A DNA stretch of 63,322 nucleotides, the filler included, from Trichosphaerium sp. ATCC 40318 (taxonomy: Eukaryota; Protista; Tubulinea): NCBI GenBank assembly GCA_038496445.1. It is 3 parts of 3 records of this genome, joined end to end, with 100 filler letters (N's around TTAATTAATTAA, not from the genome) between each part and the next. Parts side by side here need not be neighbours in the genome. Positions count along the whole stretch, not along the records: positions 1 to 16,289 come from JALMLS010000055.1; 2 more parts are not named here. One strand, written 5' to 3'. Both the position numbers and the translations under genes were made by a program. The first letter of the stretch is position 1, and every line of letters begins with the position of its first letter. The notes beneath the pieces were generated by a model. The model searched no databases and had not been told where the DNA came from. It saw only the letters and a program-made list of their open reading frames with translations. Shown here piece after piece: positions 1 to 13,300 of this stretch.

Positions 1-2558
1 TGGATACAGAGAAGGATCGAATTCTTCCAGAATTTTCGGTAACTAGTGCTTTTTTTTCGAAATGCACCAAATGGTGATATTTGAATCTCTACGCGTATGC
101 AAAGCCAATAAAGAAGGAAACACGTGTAAGTTACAGTCACAATTATGAAAACTGTTTAAGGGTGCGGTCCTATTTCTCTCGTTCTGCTCTACCTCTTGCT
201 TTGTGCCTTAAACCCAAGTCTTTGCACCATTTACTTCCTACTGCGTTAACTAAATTGTATAAATATGTCGCTGTTTTGTTAAACCAACTATTTTTTTTTC
301 CTGATCTCGCCAATACCAAAATTACCAAGCGCACATGGGTATGGCTGCCATGGCACTACCCTATCAACACGTTTTGGTTAGCTTTGGGGAACTTTCGTGA
401 ACTTCACACTCCAGGAGATCATAAAAACTGCCAAATTTTTGTGAAAAACTGTCACTTTTTGGTTTTTTTTTCTACAAGCTAGTTTTGTATTAATATGTTC
501 TACTTCAGCATTTAGAGTTATTCCAAGCACTAGTTTGTGAAAACATAGTACTGTTTGTGAAATACATGAAAACTTTCAATTTCTGTTGCAAGGACCCTCA
601 TACGCATTTATTTGTTTAGTTAGTGAGCTACATACCATTTTTAACACTTTCTGTACAATTTTCGGTTAACACACAGGTAGTGAACTTATAGTACTACCAA
701 CACATATGAATGGTATTATTAAGCCATATAGCAGAACAATGCTAAGTTTGTAGTTGTACAACTCAGAATGTCAATGAAAACTCTTGAAAAGCATATCAAA
801 ACTATGCTTGTAATTTTGTTGCCTTGTAAAGTTTACTTTGTACGTTATGTTTGCTAAAATTCAACGAATCATAAATTGTTTCTTTTAACACACTTGTTTC
901 TATGTTTTTAACATGTACCACTTCATTAAATTACTGTTTCGAATACTTTGGTACCAGGTGAGGAAGTTTAAGGCTTTTTTGTACCAAAAAGTGGTCTTTA
1001 TTCCATAAATACATTCTCTACGCGTGTGCGGTACTGCCACAAGCAGTTTGAGTGTCTGACATGCGTTTTGAGTAGAGTAATGACTTAGCACCGCCTTAAA
1101 CCGACACCTTCACTCAGACGATTTAGGAAAAGTATGCTCCTTTAGTGCCTCCACCTCAACACAAGCTAGGAACTTAGTACTAATGTATTTAACACCGATT
1201 TATGTCACTTTGATGGCAGACATATTAGTGCTTGGATTCATCTAGTAGGCTATTGATCATGCTATTGAGATAAAAGACAAAGTTCTCTTCGAGAAATATT
1301 TTTCCTTTTGGATTTTTTTTATTTTACAATAATTACGACATATTAAGTCTGCTAATCTTACGTTTCTTGGTGTTGTACCATTGTTTCATATTAGCATTAG
1401 ACTGTGCAATAAACTCGCTTCCACGTTTCCTTGATTGCTTTTGTTTCTCTACATACTGAGCATGTTCTGTGTGTGTAAGTCTTCCCAATATCTTGGACTC
1501 TCCAACTAACGCTCTCGCTGTACTCTAAGTACAAAAGTTAGTCCTCACATAATATTCATAAATAATACTTAGTATTATTCGGTTTGGTAACCATTAACAG
1601 TAAGGGTTGAAGTAAAAAACAACCAACAAACAAAATTTCGAAAAAAGAGAAAAAAAAAACAGTGATTTGTTTTGTTATTTACCCTCTTGTAGTTTCTAAG
1701 GCGTTTATCTAACTTCTTTGTCATCCTTTGTGGACCAACTTCAAATGGGTTCTTTTTACCAAGCATATTCCTTTGTGTACATGGTTAGACAGTTGCAAAC
1801 AAACAAAAAAAAAAGGAAATAAGAACAAATATTTGTTGTTTCAAAGCCGGCTAAGTTCAGTTGTAAACAACGTGTACCTCGGAGCAAGGCGAGGATTAAG
1901 TAGGCCAGCAATACGTGTCTCGTCTCTATGTACTTTTTTATGGAGTTGAAGAGGCTTGAGTTGTTTCTGTAATGCACCAACAACTCGAGACAAGTCTGCT
2001 TTTATGTTTTCAACACTTTCCTAAAAAAGAAGTAGTGTAAGCCTCTTTCACGTGCAATTTTTTCTGGTTTTTTAGTAACAATTATTTACAAACACTATTA
2101 CTATCATGTAACAACATGATAGGTAACAAGTTATCGCAGCAAGAAGGACCAAGCGATAAAACATGTAAAACAAAATAATAAAATGGAAAAAAAAACGGAA
2201 GGCAGCCCCCGTACCTGTGCTATAAGTGGTAGACCAGCACAATTGATATTTTGTACAAGGTTATGAGTAAGTGACAATAATGTATAACTTCCTGTTTTTC
2301 CATTGTAAAGAGCAATATATTTGGATAATGACGATAAAGCTGTCGTTAATATTTGTACACTAACAAAAAATATCAGAAACAAACATCTTTGATATCGTCT
2401 TTGCTTTAGCTCCGTACCGTAGAGTATCATCCATATTTACTGCCTTGGATGTGTTAAGCAGTAGTGCTGATATAGGCGGTATTGTTCTGAGCTTCTTGGC
2501 GCACTTCTTCTTGCTCTTGAACTTAAAGAATTTATCTGGTATTTTCATTGGTAGCATA
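1..2558. repeat. Left arm of a large inverted repeat (pairs with 4753-7313; spacer 2559-4752)
   Basis: Base 1 (TGGATACAGAGAAGGATCG...) is the reverse complement of ...CTTCTCTGTATCCA ending at 7313. Inner boundary is GTAGCATA (2551-2558) versus TATGCTAC (4753-4760). The ORF track shows mirrored ORFs (81..482 vs 6833..7234; 1575..1766 vs 5546..5737). Confidence 0.97.
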
Positions 2559-4694
2559 TCGCTTAGCATCTTTTGACGTTTTTCAACAGGCACGAAACAT
2601 TGAAGAATAGATAATAGGAATATCCATGGTTCTGTTGCAAACCGTACAGCAGGTTGAAGATACTAGGATAATAATTAGAAAGATGTTTGATTCAAAAAAA
2701 TCCAAAAGATTGGTAAGTACCAAATAAAAGATTGAACATAAGAACATCTTCATAAGAATATCTTGTGCTGTACGGACAGGATAGAAATAAATAGCTTGAG
2801 AAAGAAGTATCATTGCAGGTGTCATTATAGGATGCTTCCTACAGGTGTGTTAAAACACACATCGTATTGTTTATTCGAAACAAAGAGGCAAAAAAAAAAA
2901 GTTTAGGCTACTACATCAAAGTCAAGAAGAATAAAACGTGTCAAAGTATTTTAAGGTATTTTAACACATATGAAACCATAGTGTGAGAAAATATCAATTT
3001 GACACGTGATCCATTAACTGAGATTTTCACATATCTCGACAAAAAAGATTCAAAAAAAAAAAGACTTACTTGTCTGAAGCAGGGAATATAGTAATGTAAG
3101 CTCTAAACATTGAAATATGCTTGAAAGTCCAATGGACGTTAGGTGATTCTAACTCTTTTCTCATATCAAGCAATTGCTTCTTAATTACATAAGCAGCTGT
3201 GGTGACATTTGAAGTGCTCATTTCATAAAGAGGATCAAGTAACATTGATAATCCAGGCAAATAAATCTCTTCTTCATTTGCAGCAACTGCACCAAAGTGC
3301 TCCCATAAGTAGCCCAAAAAGTTCTTTGCAAGGTATTAGATATCATACAAGATAGTATCAAATAAAATGTCTAACGTACTGTCATTTCTGCGGCGTGTTC
3401 TACAGCTAAAGAACGATGGTTGCAAACTCTAATTCTTCTAATTGTTTCAATTTGTTGTTTCAAGCTCTGTCCTTCCAAAAGCTCTGCAAGGTCTTCATAG
3501 GACTTTGGAACATCTAATGTATATGCTACACTACCATCTTTTTGTTTTGGCTTACGCTTAGCAGCAAGACGTAGCTTGTTAAGTTCCTACAAGAAAAAAT
3601 CAGAATTTTCTTTGCTTATGTTTGAAAATCTCTTTGCCTCTTCGAGTTCCTCGTCATCCAATTGTGCATCATCGTCACTTGGTACATCGCTAGATGCTTC
3701 ATCCGCACTGTAAACTAAATCATCACCACCTGGCAAGTTGTAATCGTCCTTGTCTTGTTCTTCTTTGGGTTTGTCGGATAACTGACGTGCAAGCCTTTTT
3801 CGTTCTAATGCTTCAAGTTTCTTCAATTCGCGCTGAGCAATTTTCTCGTCACTCAACATAGGATGGTCTGAACCAACGCGCTTCTCGAACAATAGTTTAC
3901 TATAAGTCTCGGCATAGTCTAACTGCACAAGGCGTTAATTAAAATCATTGTAAGTTTTTTTTTCGGTTACCTCTTTTTCATTCAGTTCGCTCTTGGATGT
4001 GTCTCTAGGTTCTAATAATCCGCGTACAGCTTGCATTTGTAAGTTTACGTCATCTTTAATCTCTTCCAAGTGTTGTTTGACAAGTCCTTTCATCATCTTG
4101 TATCACGTGTTAAAGAAAAAAAAAACCTTTTTGATGTTGTACCTTTGTTTCGCGATCTCTTCGCACAATGGATCGTATCCTCTCTCCTGAGCTCATATCC
4201 TTCCATGCTTTTTCTTTAGGCATCTCCCTTATATATTCGCTCTTTTCTCTATTTTCTTTCAAAAAGGCTTGGACATCTTCTTCCTGAACATCTAGTGCAA
4301 AAACCGTAAATTAAAAAAATTACTCATACAACAAACAGTACCTTCACCGCTGTCATAGTCATCAGCCATATCATCAAAATCACCACCAGTGTGAGCAGCT
4401 TTAAGCTTTTCTTCAATATAACGAGCGTCGTCATCATCCAAGTTGAATACCTTAAAGAAAGAGTGAGAAAGGAAAGACATACAGTTGAAAAAAAAAAAAA
4501 GTGAACTCTTGTTTTTGGATTTTTTGTGCGCTTGTAGTAGTTACCTTTTTATTGTACTTTAGTTTTCTGAGTGCTACATCTTGTACTGATAGTGTTGATT
4601 CGTCTGGACGCATATTTTCAGTTTCATCTCTCAGATCGCGATATTCTGTTTGTCTGTTACGGTCACCATGGTATTTGGCGATTGTTTCATTTGT
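1333..4694 (-). CDS. NOP14: Nucleolar protein 14 (SSU processome), multi-exon, 5' end missing
   Basis: Exons read FNLDDDD, DYAETYSKLLFEKR, EKIAQRELKKLEALERKRLARQ, TIFPASD..HPIMTPAMILLSQ, LKPLQLHKK and a basic C-terminus ending ...KKRKISRLNMS*, in the order expected for Nop14. Upstream is cut off by the inverted arm at 4753. Confidence 0.85.
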
Positions 4695-4752
4695 CTAAGG
4701 GTTGGAATGTCAAATTAAGAATACAAGGTGAAAACGTTAAAATAACGCTTTT

Positions 4753-5979
4753 TATGCTACCAATGAAAATACCAGATAAATTCTTTAAGTTCAAGAGCAA
4801 GAAGAAGTGCGCCAAGAAGCTTAGAACAATACCGCCTATATCAGCACTACTGCTTAATACATCTAAGGCAGTAAATATGGATGATACTTTACGGTACGGA
4901 GCTAAAGCAAAGACGATATCAAGATGTTTGTTTCTGATATTTTTTGTTAGTGTACAAATATTAACGACAGCTTTATCGTCATTATCCAAATATATAGCTC
5001 TTTACAATGGCAAAACAGGAAGCTATACATTATTGTCACTTACTCATAACCTTGTACAAAATATCAATTGTGCTGGTCTACCACTTATAGCACAGGTACG
5101 GACTGCCTTTCCGTTGGTTTTTTTTTCCCCTTTTTTTTTGTTTTACATGTTTTATCGCTTGGTCCTTCCTTGCTGCAATAACTTGTTAGCTATCACGTTA
5201 TTACATGATAGTAATAGTTTTTGTAAATAATTGTTACTAAAAAACCAGAAAAAATTGCACGTGAAAGAGGCTTACACTACTTCTTTTTTAGGAAAGTGTT
5301 GAAAACATAAAAGCAGACTTGTCTCGAGTTGTTGGTGCATTACAGAAACAACTCAAGCCTCTTCAACTCCATAAAAAAGTACATAGAGACGAGACACGTA
5401 TTGCTGGCCTACTTAATCCTCGCCTTGCTCCGAGGTACACGTTGTTTACAACTGAACTTAGCCGGCTTTGAAACAACAAATATTTGTTCTTATTTCTTTT
5501 TTTTTTTGTTTGTTTGCAACTGTCTAACCATGTACACAAAGGAATATGCTTGGTAAAAAGAACCCATTTGAAGTTGGTCCACAAAGGATGACAAAGAAGT
5601 TAGATAAACGCCTTAGAAACTACAAGAGGGTAAATAACAAAACAAATCACTGTTTTTTTTTTCTCTTTTTTCGAAATTTTGTTTGTTGGTTGTTTTTTAC
5701 TTCAACCCTTACTGTTAATGGTTACCAAACCGAATAATACTAAGTATTATTTATGAATATTATGTGAGGACTAACTTTTGTACTTAGAGTACAGCGAGAG
5801 CGTTAGTTGGAGAGTCCAAGATATTGGGAAGACTTACACACACAGAACATGCTCAGTATGTAGAGAAACAAAAGCAATCAAGGAAACGTGGAAGCGAGTT
5901 TATTGCACAGTCTAATGCTAATATGAAACAATGGTACAACACCAAGAAACGTAAGATTAGCAGACTTAATATGTCGTAA
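4753..5979 (+). pseudogene. Inverted second copy of the NOP14 3' exons only
   Basis: MLPMKIPDKF...AQ, ESVENIKADLSRVVGALQKQLKPLQLHKK and the final exon to TAA at 5977-5979. No 5' exons precede it. Confidence 0.75.
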
Positions 5980-7313
5980 TTATTGTAAAATAAAAAAAAT
6001 CCAAAAGGAAAAATATTTCTCGAAGAGAACTTTGTCTTTTATCTCAATAGCATGATCAATAGCCTACTAGATGAATCCAAGCACTAATATGTCTGCCATC
6101 AAAGTGACATAAATCGGTGTTAAATACATTAGTACTAAGTTCCTAGCTTGTGTTGAGGTGGAGGCACTAAAGGAGCATACTTTTCCTAAATCGTCTGAGT
6201 GAAGGTGTCGGTTTAAGGGCGGTGCTAAGTCATTACTCTACTCAAAACGCATGTCAGACACTCAAACTGCTTGTGGCAGTACCGCACACGCGTAGAGAAT
6301 GTATTTATGGAATAAAGACCACTTTTGTACAAAAAAGCCTTAAACTTCCTCACCTGGTACCAAAGTATTCGAAACAGTAATTTAATGAAGTGGTACATGT
6401 TAAAAACATAGAAACAAGTGTGTTAAAAGAAACAATTTATGATTCGTTGAATTTTAGCAAACATAACGTACAAAGTAAACTTTACAAGGCAACAAAATTA
6501 CAAGCATAGTTTTGATATGCTTTTCAAGAGTTTTCATTGACATTCTGAGTTGTACAACTACAAACTTAGCATTGTTCTGCTATATGGCTTAATAATACCA
6601 TTCATATGTGTTGGTAGTACTATAAGTTCACTACCTGTGTGTTAACCGAAAATTGTACAGAAAGTGTTAAAAATGGTATGTAGCTCACTAACTAAACAAA
6701 TAAATGCGTATGAGGGTCCTTGCAACAGAAATTGAAAGTTTTCATGTATTTCACAAACAGTACCTATGTTTTTCACAAACTAGTGCTTGGAATAACTCTA
6801 AATGCTGAAGTAGACACATATTAATACAAAACCTAGCTTGTAGAAAAAAAAACCAAAAAGTGACAGTTTTTCACAAAAATTTGGCAGTTTTTATGATCTC
6901 CTGGAGTGTGAAGTTCACGAAAGTTCCCCAAAGCTAACCAAAACGTGTTGATAGGGTAGTGCCATGGCAGCCATACCCATGTGCGCTTGGTAATTTCTGG
7001 TATTGGCGAGATCAGGAAAAAAAATAGTTGGTTTAACAAAACAGCGACATATTTATACAATTTAGTTAACGCAGTAGGAAGTAAATGGTGCAAAGACTTG
7101 GGTTTAAGGCACAAAGCAAGAGGTAGAGCAGAACGAGAGAAATAGGACCGCACCCTTAAACAGTTTTCATAATTGTGACTGTAACTTACACGTGTTTCCT
7201 TCTTTATTGGCTTTGCATACGCGTAGAGATTCAAATATCACCATTTGGTGCATTTCGAAAAAAAGCACTAGTTACCGAAAATTCTGGAAGAATTCGATCC
7301 TTCTCTGTATCCA
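4753..7313. repeat. Right arm of the large inverted repeat
   Basis: Near-identical reverse complement of 1-2558, with substitutions clustered in the inner ~500 bp and scattered 1-nt indels elsewhere. Confidence 0.97.
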
Positions 7314-7446
7314 ACAAACTCCCAGTGAATGTGTCCTCCCGTTTAAATTGGCGTTTCGGATTAAGTCACGCTTGGCCAGACGGAAACTAAACAAAACTAC
7401 AAACACAACCGATAAACAAACGCTTCAACACCTCTCTACGCACGAC

Positions 7447-7731
7447 ATGGATTATTTTCTTCTCCAACTCGCATACGAACAGGAACTGGTCAATGAAGCA
7501 CAGCGGCGTTTAGCGCACCAACAATATATGTCCAACATTATGATGATGAATTCCATGCTGTCCAATCAATTTTGCCACAACTACAATAATCTCAACGCGC
7601 TTGTCATCAATGGCCTTATCCGCGACCGTTGTAATACCCTCAACAGGATTGATGCCCTCAACAGGCTTGCCATGAATAGCCTGATATTCGAACACGAAAA
7701 TTCCTCAACACGTTTGAGGTGCGTGATGTAA
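7447..7731 (+). CDS. Small intronless Q/N/M-rich hypothetical protein
   Basis: ORF from MDYFLLQLAYEQ...; relatively GC-rich; overlaps the start of the next ORF in another frame. Confidence 0.35.
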   Translation: MDYFLLQLAYEQELVNEAQRRLAHQQYMSNIMMMNSMLSNQFCHNYNNLNALVINGLIRDRCNTLNRIDALNRLAMNSLIFEHENSSTRLRCVM

Positions 7732-8114
7732 CACCAACCCCACTGCCCCAGCTGTGTCACGTTTTCCAAGGATATGCTCCTGATAATAATAATTATGACT
7801 TGATAAAAATGAAACACACTGAGAACACCAGTAAATGTCATCATTACAAGCACAACATTATAATTCAAGGAATCTGTCGTTGTTGGTGCAGAAATACTTT
7901 TGGTGGCTTGGAACGCTGCCCTAACATGGCGACACTTCGAGCCCATATGCACGACGAACATGGAAACTTTGCTCTAGTTAATGCTTGCCACAGCTGCAAC
8001 AATAAACGAGGAGCAACCATGTATGTAGCTAGGAACGATGCAATATATTTCAAATGCCCCTGCAGCTATCGAGAAAACCAAACTCCCCCTCTGGGAACTT
8101 TTAAGATAAGCTAG
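7719..8114 (+). CDS. Cys/His-rich protein with an HNH (His-Me finger)-like motif
   Basis: CPNMATLRAHMHDEHGNFALVNACHSCNNKRG fits the pattern C-x-AH-x(n)-LV-xxCxxCN. Intronless; polyA signal AATAAA near 8176. Confidence 0.4.
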   Translation: MRDVTPTPLPQLCHVFQGYAPDNNNYDLIKMKHTENTSKCHHYKHNIIIQGICRCWCRNTFGGLERCPNMATLRAHMHDEHGNFALVNACHSCNNKRGATMYVARNDAIYFKCPCSYRENQTPPLGTFKIS

Positions 8115-8727
8115 CTTACAATAGTAAACCCATCGCATCATGCTACTAGTAGTAAAGTGTAGTCACCAGCCAATCAATAAACATTTCAGTCTTGATTAGC
8201 AATATTTTTCACTACATCACGTTTTCTCATGTGCATCGTGAGCTGAAGGAAAAGAAGGCCAAACAATAAATTGAGTATGGTTTGTTTTAAAATCAACTTG
8301 TCCTAGTGCCAACTGCCGACCGACACTTGCAACCATAAAATTGATGCAGTCACGTGGAAAGAAAAGTAATTGAACACTTCAAAACTTCGTCTTTGAAGGC
8401 ACAATTCACAAAAGATGCGCTGACCAAAAAGCAACAAGCTGAAGATGCAGATGACTTATACTAACAAATCTACTACCAATCAGCATCAGATAGCAGCAGT
8501 GGGTGCTGTAGATCACTCGCGAAAACAAGCTCTAGACTCGACGCTACTTTTGAGAAGAGTACTGTGTCAGATACCTCGCGTACACCACAAATTTAAAGGG
8601 CTCGCTAGAAACACGGTTCTTTCCCAAGGAGAAGACAACTATTGTACCACTAGTGAGACAAATGCAACTCACTTTACAACTTAACCTAGGTGGAATTTAA
8701 GTCGTAAGTCCACTGGCACCCCAAGAG

Positions 8728-10061
8728 ATGGCAAAGCAAGTGACATTTGATTTAGATGATGAAGAAAAGGATTACGATCCTAGTGAAGCATTAGGAGACG
8801 TTTACGATAAAGTAAAGGCGAAGGGTGTACCAGAACTCATTCGCGAAAAAAAAAAACGACGAAGAGAAGCGGCTCTTGATGATTTCGACTTACCAGCGCT
8901 AAAACGGCGTAAAAACTCTAAATTGGTAGTATCAGACGCTCCTGCTCCCAAAAGGTATGTTTTGCGCTCTACATCCATCAAGTGAGCGCAAGTAACAGTA
9001 ATTTGTAGGTTTGATGATAAACAAGAAAAAGTTGAAAGCTTCAGTACGTCAAATAAGCCGTAAAACATTATTTCTAACCCAACCTAGAGATTGACGATGG
9101 AGATTTGAAGGAAGGTACGTTATTTTTTTATTCAGCACAAGCAACTGTAATTCACGCGTCTGTTATCAAAATTATCAAGTCAGCAGTGTCTGACGCCCAT
9201 TTGTAGGTAATTTTGATGATAACGGATTTTTTGTATTTGGCAGGAACAAAAAAGAAGACGAAGATCCATGGCTAGCCTCTCTGACAAAGGAACAACGCGG
9301 TGATAGTGATGACGAGGAGGTACAAAAATAAAAAGTCTTAAAGACAACGGTACAGCCGTCTAACTGTTATAAATCGTAGGAAGATGATGGAGACAATGAC
9401 GAGATGGAGGAAGATACATTTTTAAAGGAGTTGCAAGAAAGAAGAAAAACAAAGAATGAGATTGATAAAGCAATGATTACAGTATTGGATATCTTACAGC
9501 CTAGAGAGAATGTTCTCATGGCTATAAGAAGATTAAAGGATACTTCTTCTTCAGATAAAGGAACTAGTAGTTTTGATACGCTCATAGAGGCTGCAGACCT
9601 CTTGATTCAGTCGGGTTTTCCTGGTATCCTTCAAGACATTTTTTCGCAGTTGTGATTATTCTTTTTTTTTCTCCTTGACTGGGTGTAAGATATCTACGCT
9701 GATGTAAAGGAGAAGCTCGCTTCAAAGGTTAAAAGAGATGATGAGATACCTTTAGAGGAGGATAAACGTAGGTGGGAGTATAAATGGGAAGGAAAGGATG
9801 ATCTTCATGGACCATTTGATACTGTGTAAGCTTGTCTTTTCATCAATTTTTTTTTCTTTTTTTTTCTTTTTTTTTTTACTATTATTGTCTGGTACTGATG
9901 TTGTTTTTTCTAGGTCTATGATCGGTTGGTTTGATGGAGGATACTTTGGTGAAGGCCTTCTTGTAAGAGAGGAGGATGTTGGAGAGTTTAAGCCTATAAA
10001 ACGTGAAATGTTTGCTCCTCAGAAGAGGAAGAAGACAAAGATCATTGATCTCTTTGCGTGA
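8728..10061 (+). CDS. CD2BP2: CD2BP2/U5-52K/Lin1 homolog (U5 snRNP, C-terminal GYF domain), multi-exon
   Basis: EGNFDDNGFFV, EDPWL, ILQPRENVLMAIRRL, and WEYKWEG..LHGPF..SMIGWFDGGYF (GYF domain). Confidence 0.85.
9624..9689 (+). other. U12-type (minor spliceosome) GT-AG intron
   Basis: 5' GTATCCTT; branch TCCTTGAC at 9672-9679, 10 nt before the intron end; splicing gives in-frame GFP-DIYA. Confidence 0.8.
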
Positions 10062-10359
10062 AACAAAAAAAAAAGTTAATTGTAAATAAACCTATTTAGA
10101 AGGGTAGACACCAACGTTTGGGTAGCGTAAACACCCATGAAACTGCGCAGTAACATGTAAAAGAAGAAATATTTCATGAAAACCCTTATGATATTCTGAA
10201 GCGTAGAATGATAGCAATTGGTGCGTCTCAGTTCGACAGCAGTAAAAAATGTGGTCAAAGCCACGTTAAGCAACCAAAAAAAAACCCCGCGCTGACAGGC
10301 GTACAACGTGTTCACATTTTTTGTGTTGGGTTAGTTTAGTGCAGCTTGTAAGGTAATAA

Positions 10360-13300
10360 ATGAGCAATCAACCCAAACTGAAGCGAAAATTCTCCATGGG
10401 TCAATTACGACATCTAATTAGACGTAAATGGCAGATGGGGCAGGCTAGCTCTAATACAAGCTCACATTTATCATCTAGCGAATTAGAAGAGCTAAGAGAA
10501 CTAACTTATGGACATTGTACGTCCGATATGTATTATACGCGGTTATGCTGTTATAATTAAGGTTTTATATTAATGTGTTAAACAATTAACGCAAAATCTG
10601 TTTAATTTTAAATATGACCATCAAATAGTGCTCTAAAACATATTATTAGTTACAACAGAACAGCTCAGTAGGCATCATGCTACTTTTATGGCAAAATACC
10701 CTACAGGTACTGTAAAAAAATTAAAACTTCTTTTAGCTGTTAAAACTGCCTATTGTTTGAATAAAACAAGTCATTTTTTGCGTTCCCATAAACACTCATA
10801 AAGTAAAAAAGTCACAAAAGACATAAACTTTACCGCACGTGCTCACTATTTAGTGTATCACAAAATGACTAGACTACTAGTCTTTCTTTGTTTAACCGGT
10901 TTTTTTAAGGGACGATAAGTGGTGCTGAGTTTGTAGAAGAGAATTTGAGACTAAATGGTGCATCTAAGCGTTTTTGGGAGAACATGTGCGTTTTTTCCTT
11001 TCAAGTCTTTTTTTTTGGTTTTTTTTCTTTTTTTTTTTTTGTGTTTGTTGTCTTGTTGGTGTTCTTATGTTTTGTCATTTAGGTTTTTTGCATTTTTACA
11101 TACCCAGGATGATATGCTTACGTATAAGGATTATATTAAAGGCTATGCTACCTTTTCAAAAGGGACACCTGAGGAAAAATTGACATTTACCTTCAAAATG
11201 ATGGATCGCTCTGATAAGGGTTTTTTACACCGTCACGAGGTTTTTGAACTGATATACAGACTTAATCACAACCCTCCAAGTATCGAACCTCAAGGAAACA
11301 AACCAAACCAAAGATCACGTTCTATAGCTGTTAATTTTTCTTCTGCTGGAGATGGTATTGTAGATAAAGTTGGGCATAATAAGGAACTCGATAAAGTTGG
11401 TTTAGAGGTAAATTAATACCGAAAAAAAAAAAGAAGAAAAATCTTTGTTTGAGCAAAAAACTTGATCCCTTTTCATACTTGTTATTGTTTACTCTGTTCT
11501 TTTACATCTAAAACTACTTTAGGAATTTATTAAAGCGGGTCTTTCTGATCCAAGGATGCAACGGGTGTTTGAAATGGGAATACTCCGTGCACTTATGCGT
11601 TGCGCAGATCCTATGCCTGTTCTTGTTCAAGATAATATTCAACAGTTTCAAAACCAGGTTGCAGGGCATAAAGGTAATGGAAAAATAGGAGGGATACTTA
11701 AAATGGGTGATAAGATTCTTAAACCATGGTCAAAAAGGCACGTGACCCGAAACGATCCGAAGGGCGCCAAAAAACCTGAAACCAATTTTTCTTTACAATA
11801 GAAGCTTTTCTTTTCTATTTCCATGCTTGAGGTGTAGTTATTTCGCTTCTGGCTGTGTAGTTATGATTCGTTTGTGTTTTTTTGTAGTGTGTTTCTTTTT
11901 GTGCCAATTGGCAGCGGATTTTAACAGCTTGTAGGGAGTGGACGTTCTATGAAGGTTTAAGAAATATGCCTAATGATACGCCAAGTTTTTTTCCAAAGTT
12001 TGATGGTCGTACCGTTATAAATGACCCTCAAGCCGGTTCCTTACAGTATATTATAATGGAAGATCTTACTTATGGTTACGACAAGCCATGTATAATGGAT
12101 ATAAAGAGTAAGTAACGAATTCATTCCAGGAGGCAAAGTTTTTTTTATTGTCGAAAAAAAGAAGGAAATCTAAAAGAAAATTATTGTTCTACCCTCACGT
12201 GACATTTTTAATTTTTTTTTTTAGTGGGAAGGAGATCAGCTGATCATACAGCTGGGTTTATAAAGAAGGGGTATTTGAATGCTGTTGATTCATACAGTAC
12301 ATCGTCTAGCCTTGGATTCCGTATTTGTGGTATGAAAGTTTGGCAAACGGATATAAAAGACTATATAAAGAGAGATAAGCCTTGGGGTGTTTCTCTCAAA
12401 CCTGTACAGATCAAACCAGCATTTTTACAGTATGTCACAAATACGCCTGGTGGTAAAGCAAGGATAAAGACATTACAAGCAATGATTGGACCAGTAAAGC
12501 AGATTTTAAAGTGGTTTCAAAAACAAACTGATTTTTCTTTTATTGGAAGCTCTATTCTATTTATCTATGATGCGTCTAGTGGTGTTGATGTACCTGGGAA
12601 TGTTTTAGTCAAGATTGTAGATTTTGGTAAGTAATTTTTTAAATTAAATCATACTTAATTTACGCTTACCACGTGGTCACGTGACCGTAAAACGACACAA
12701 AAGCGAAGCGGACTAATTTTTTTTTCCTCGATATTTAGCTCACACTTGGCGAGTGGATCCTCCTTGTATAGATACAGAGTACATTCACGGCTTGAAGCAC
12801 TTAATCAAAATTATGGGCGATCTAGAGGCTGATTTGATTAATAATATATCCATGGAAGAACCAGAAGAAGTAGTAGAGGAGACGTACGAAGAGACTAAAC
12901 AACGTCTGTTGGTACGTTTTTTTTTTGTCTTTTCATGTAATATGCATTTTTACGGTCTCTTAATGTTCTTAGGCGAAGCGACGCACTGCTGTCATTGAGA
13001 TTAATAATACTACAAAGTGTTACCTACACAGATTAAAGCTTACAACTGGAAGCGAAGGCGAGACGTGGACACAAGCGCCACCAACTAAAATCGCACCAGG
13101 AACAAAGCAATTAATAGCAACAACACTTCCTGCTTCTCGAAACCGTACTAATAACACAAACGGGAAACCTAGTGCTGTAATATGTACACAAGTAGCCTAC
13201 CTTCTTCGATCAGATGAGCATCTCCAAGACGCTGATTTTACACACAACGGAGCAATCACTTTCAGCTGGAGAACACCCAGAAGACGACTTAAACAGACGA

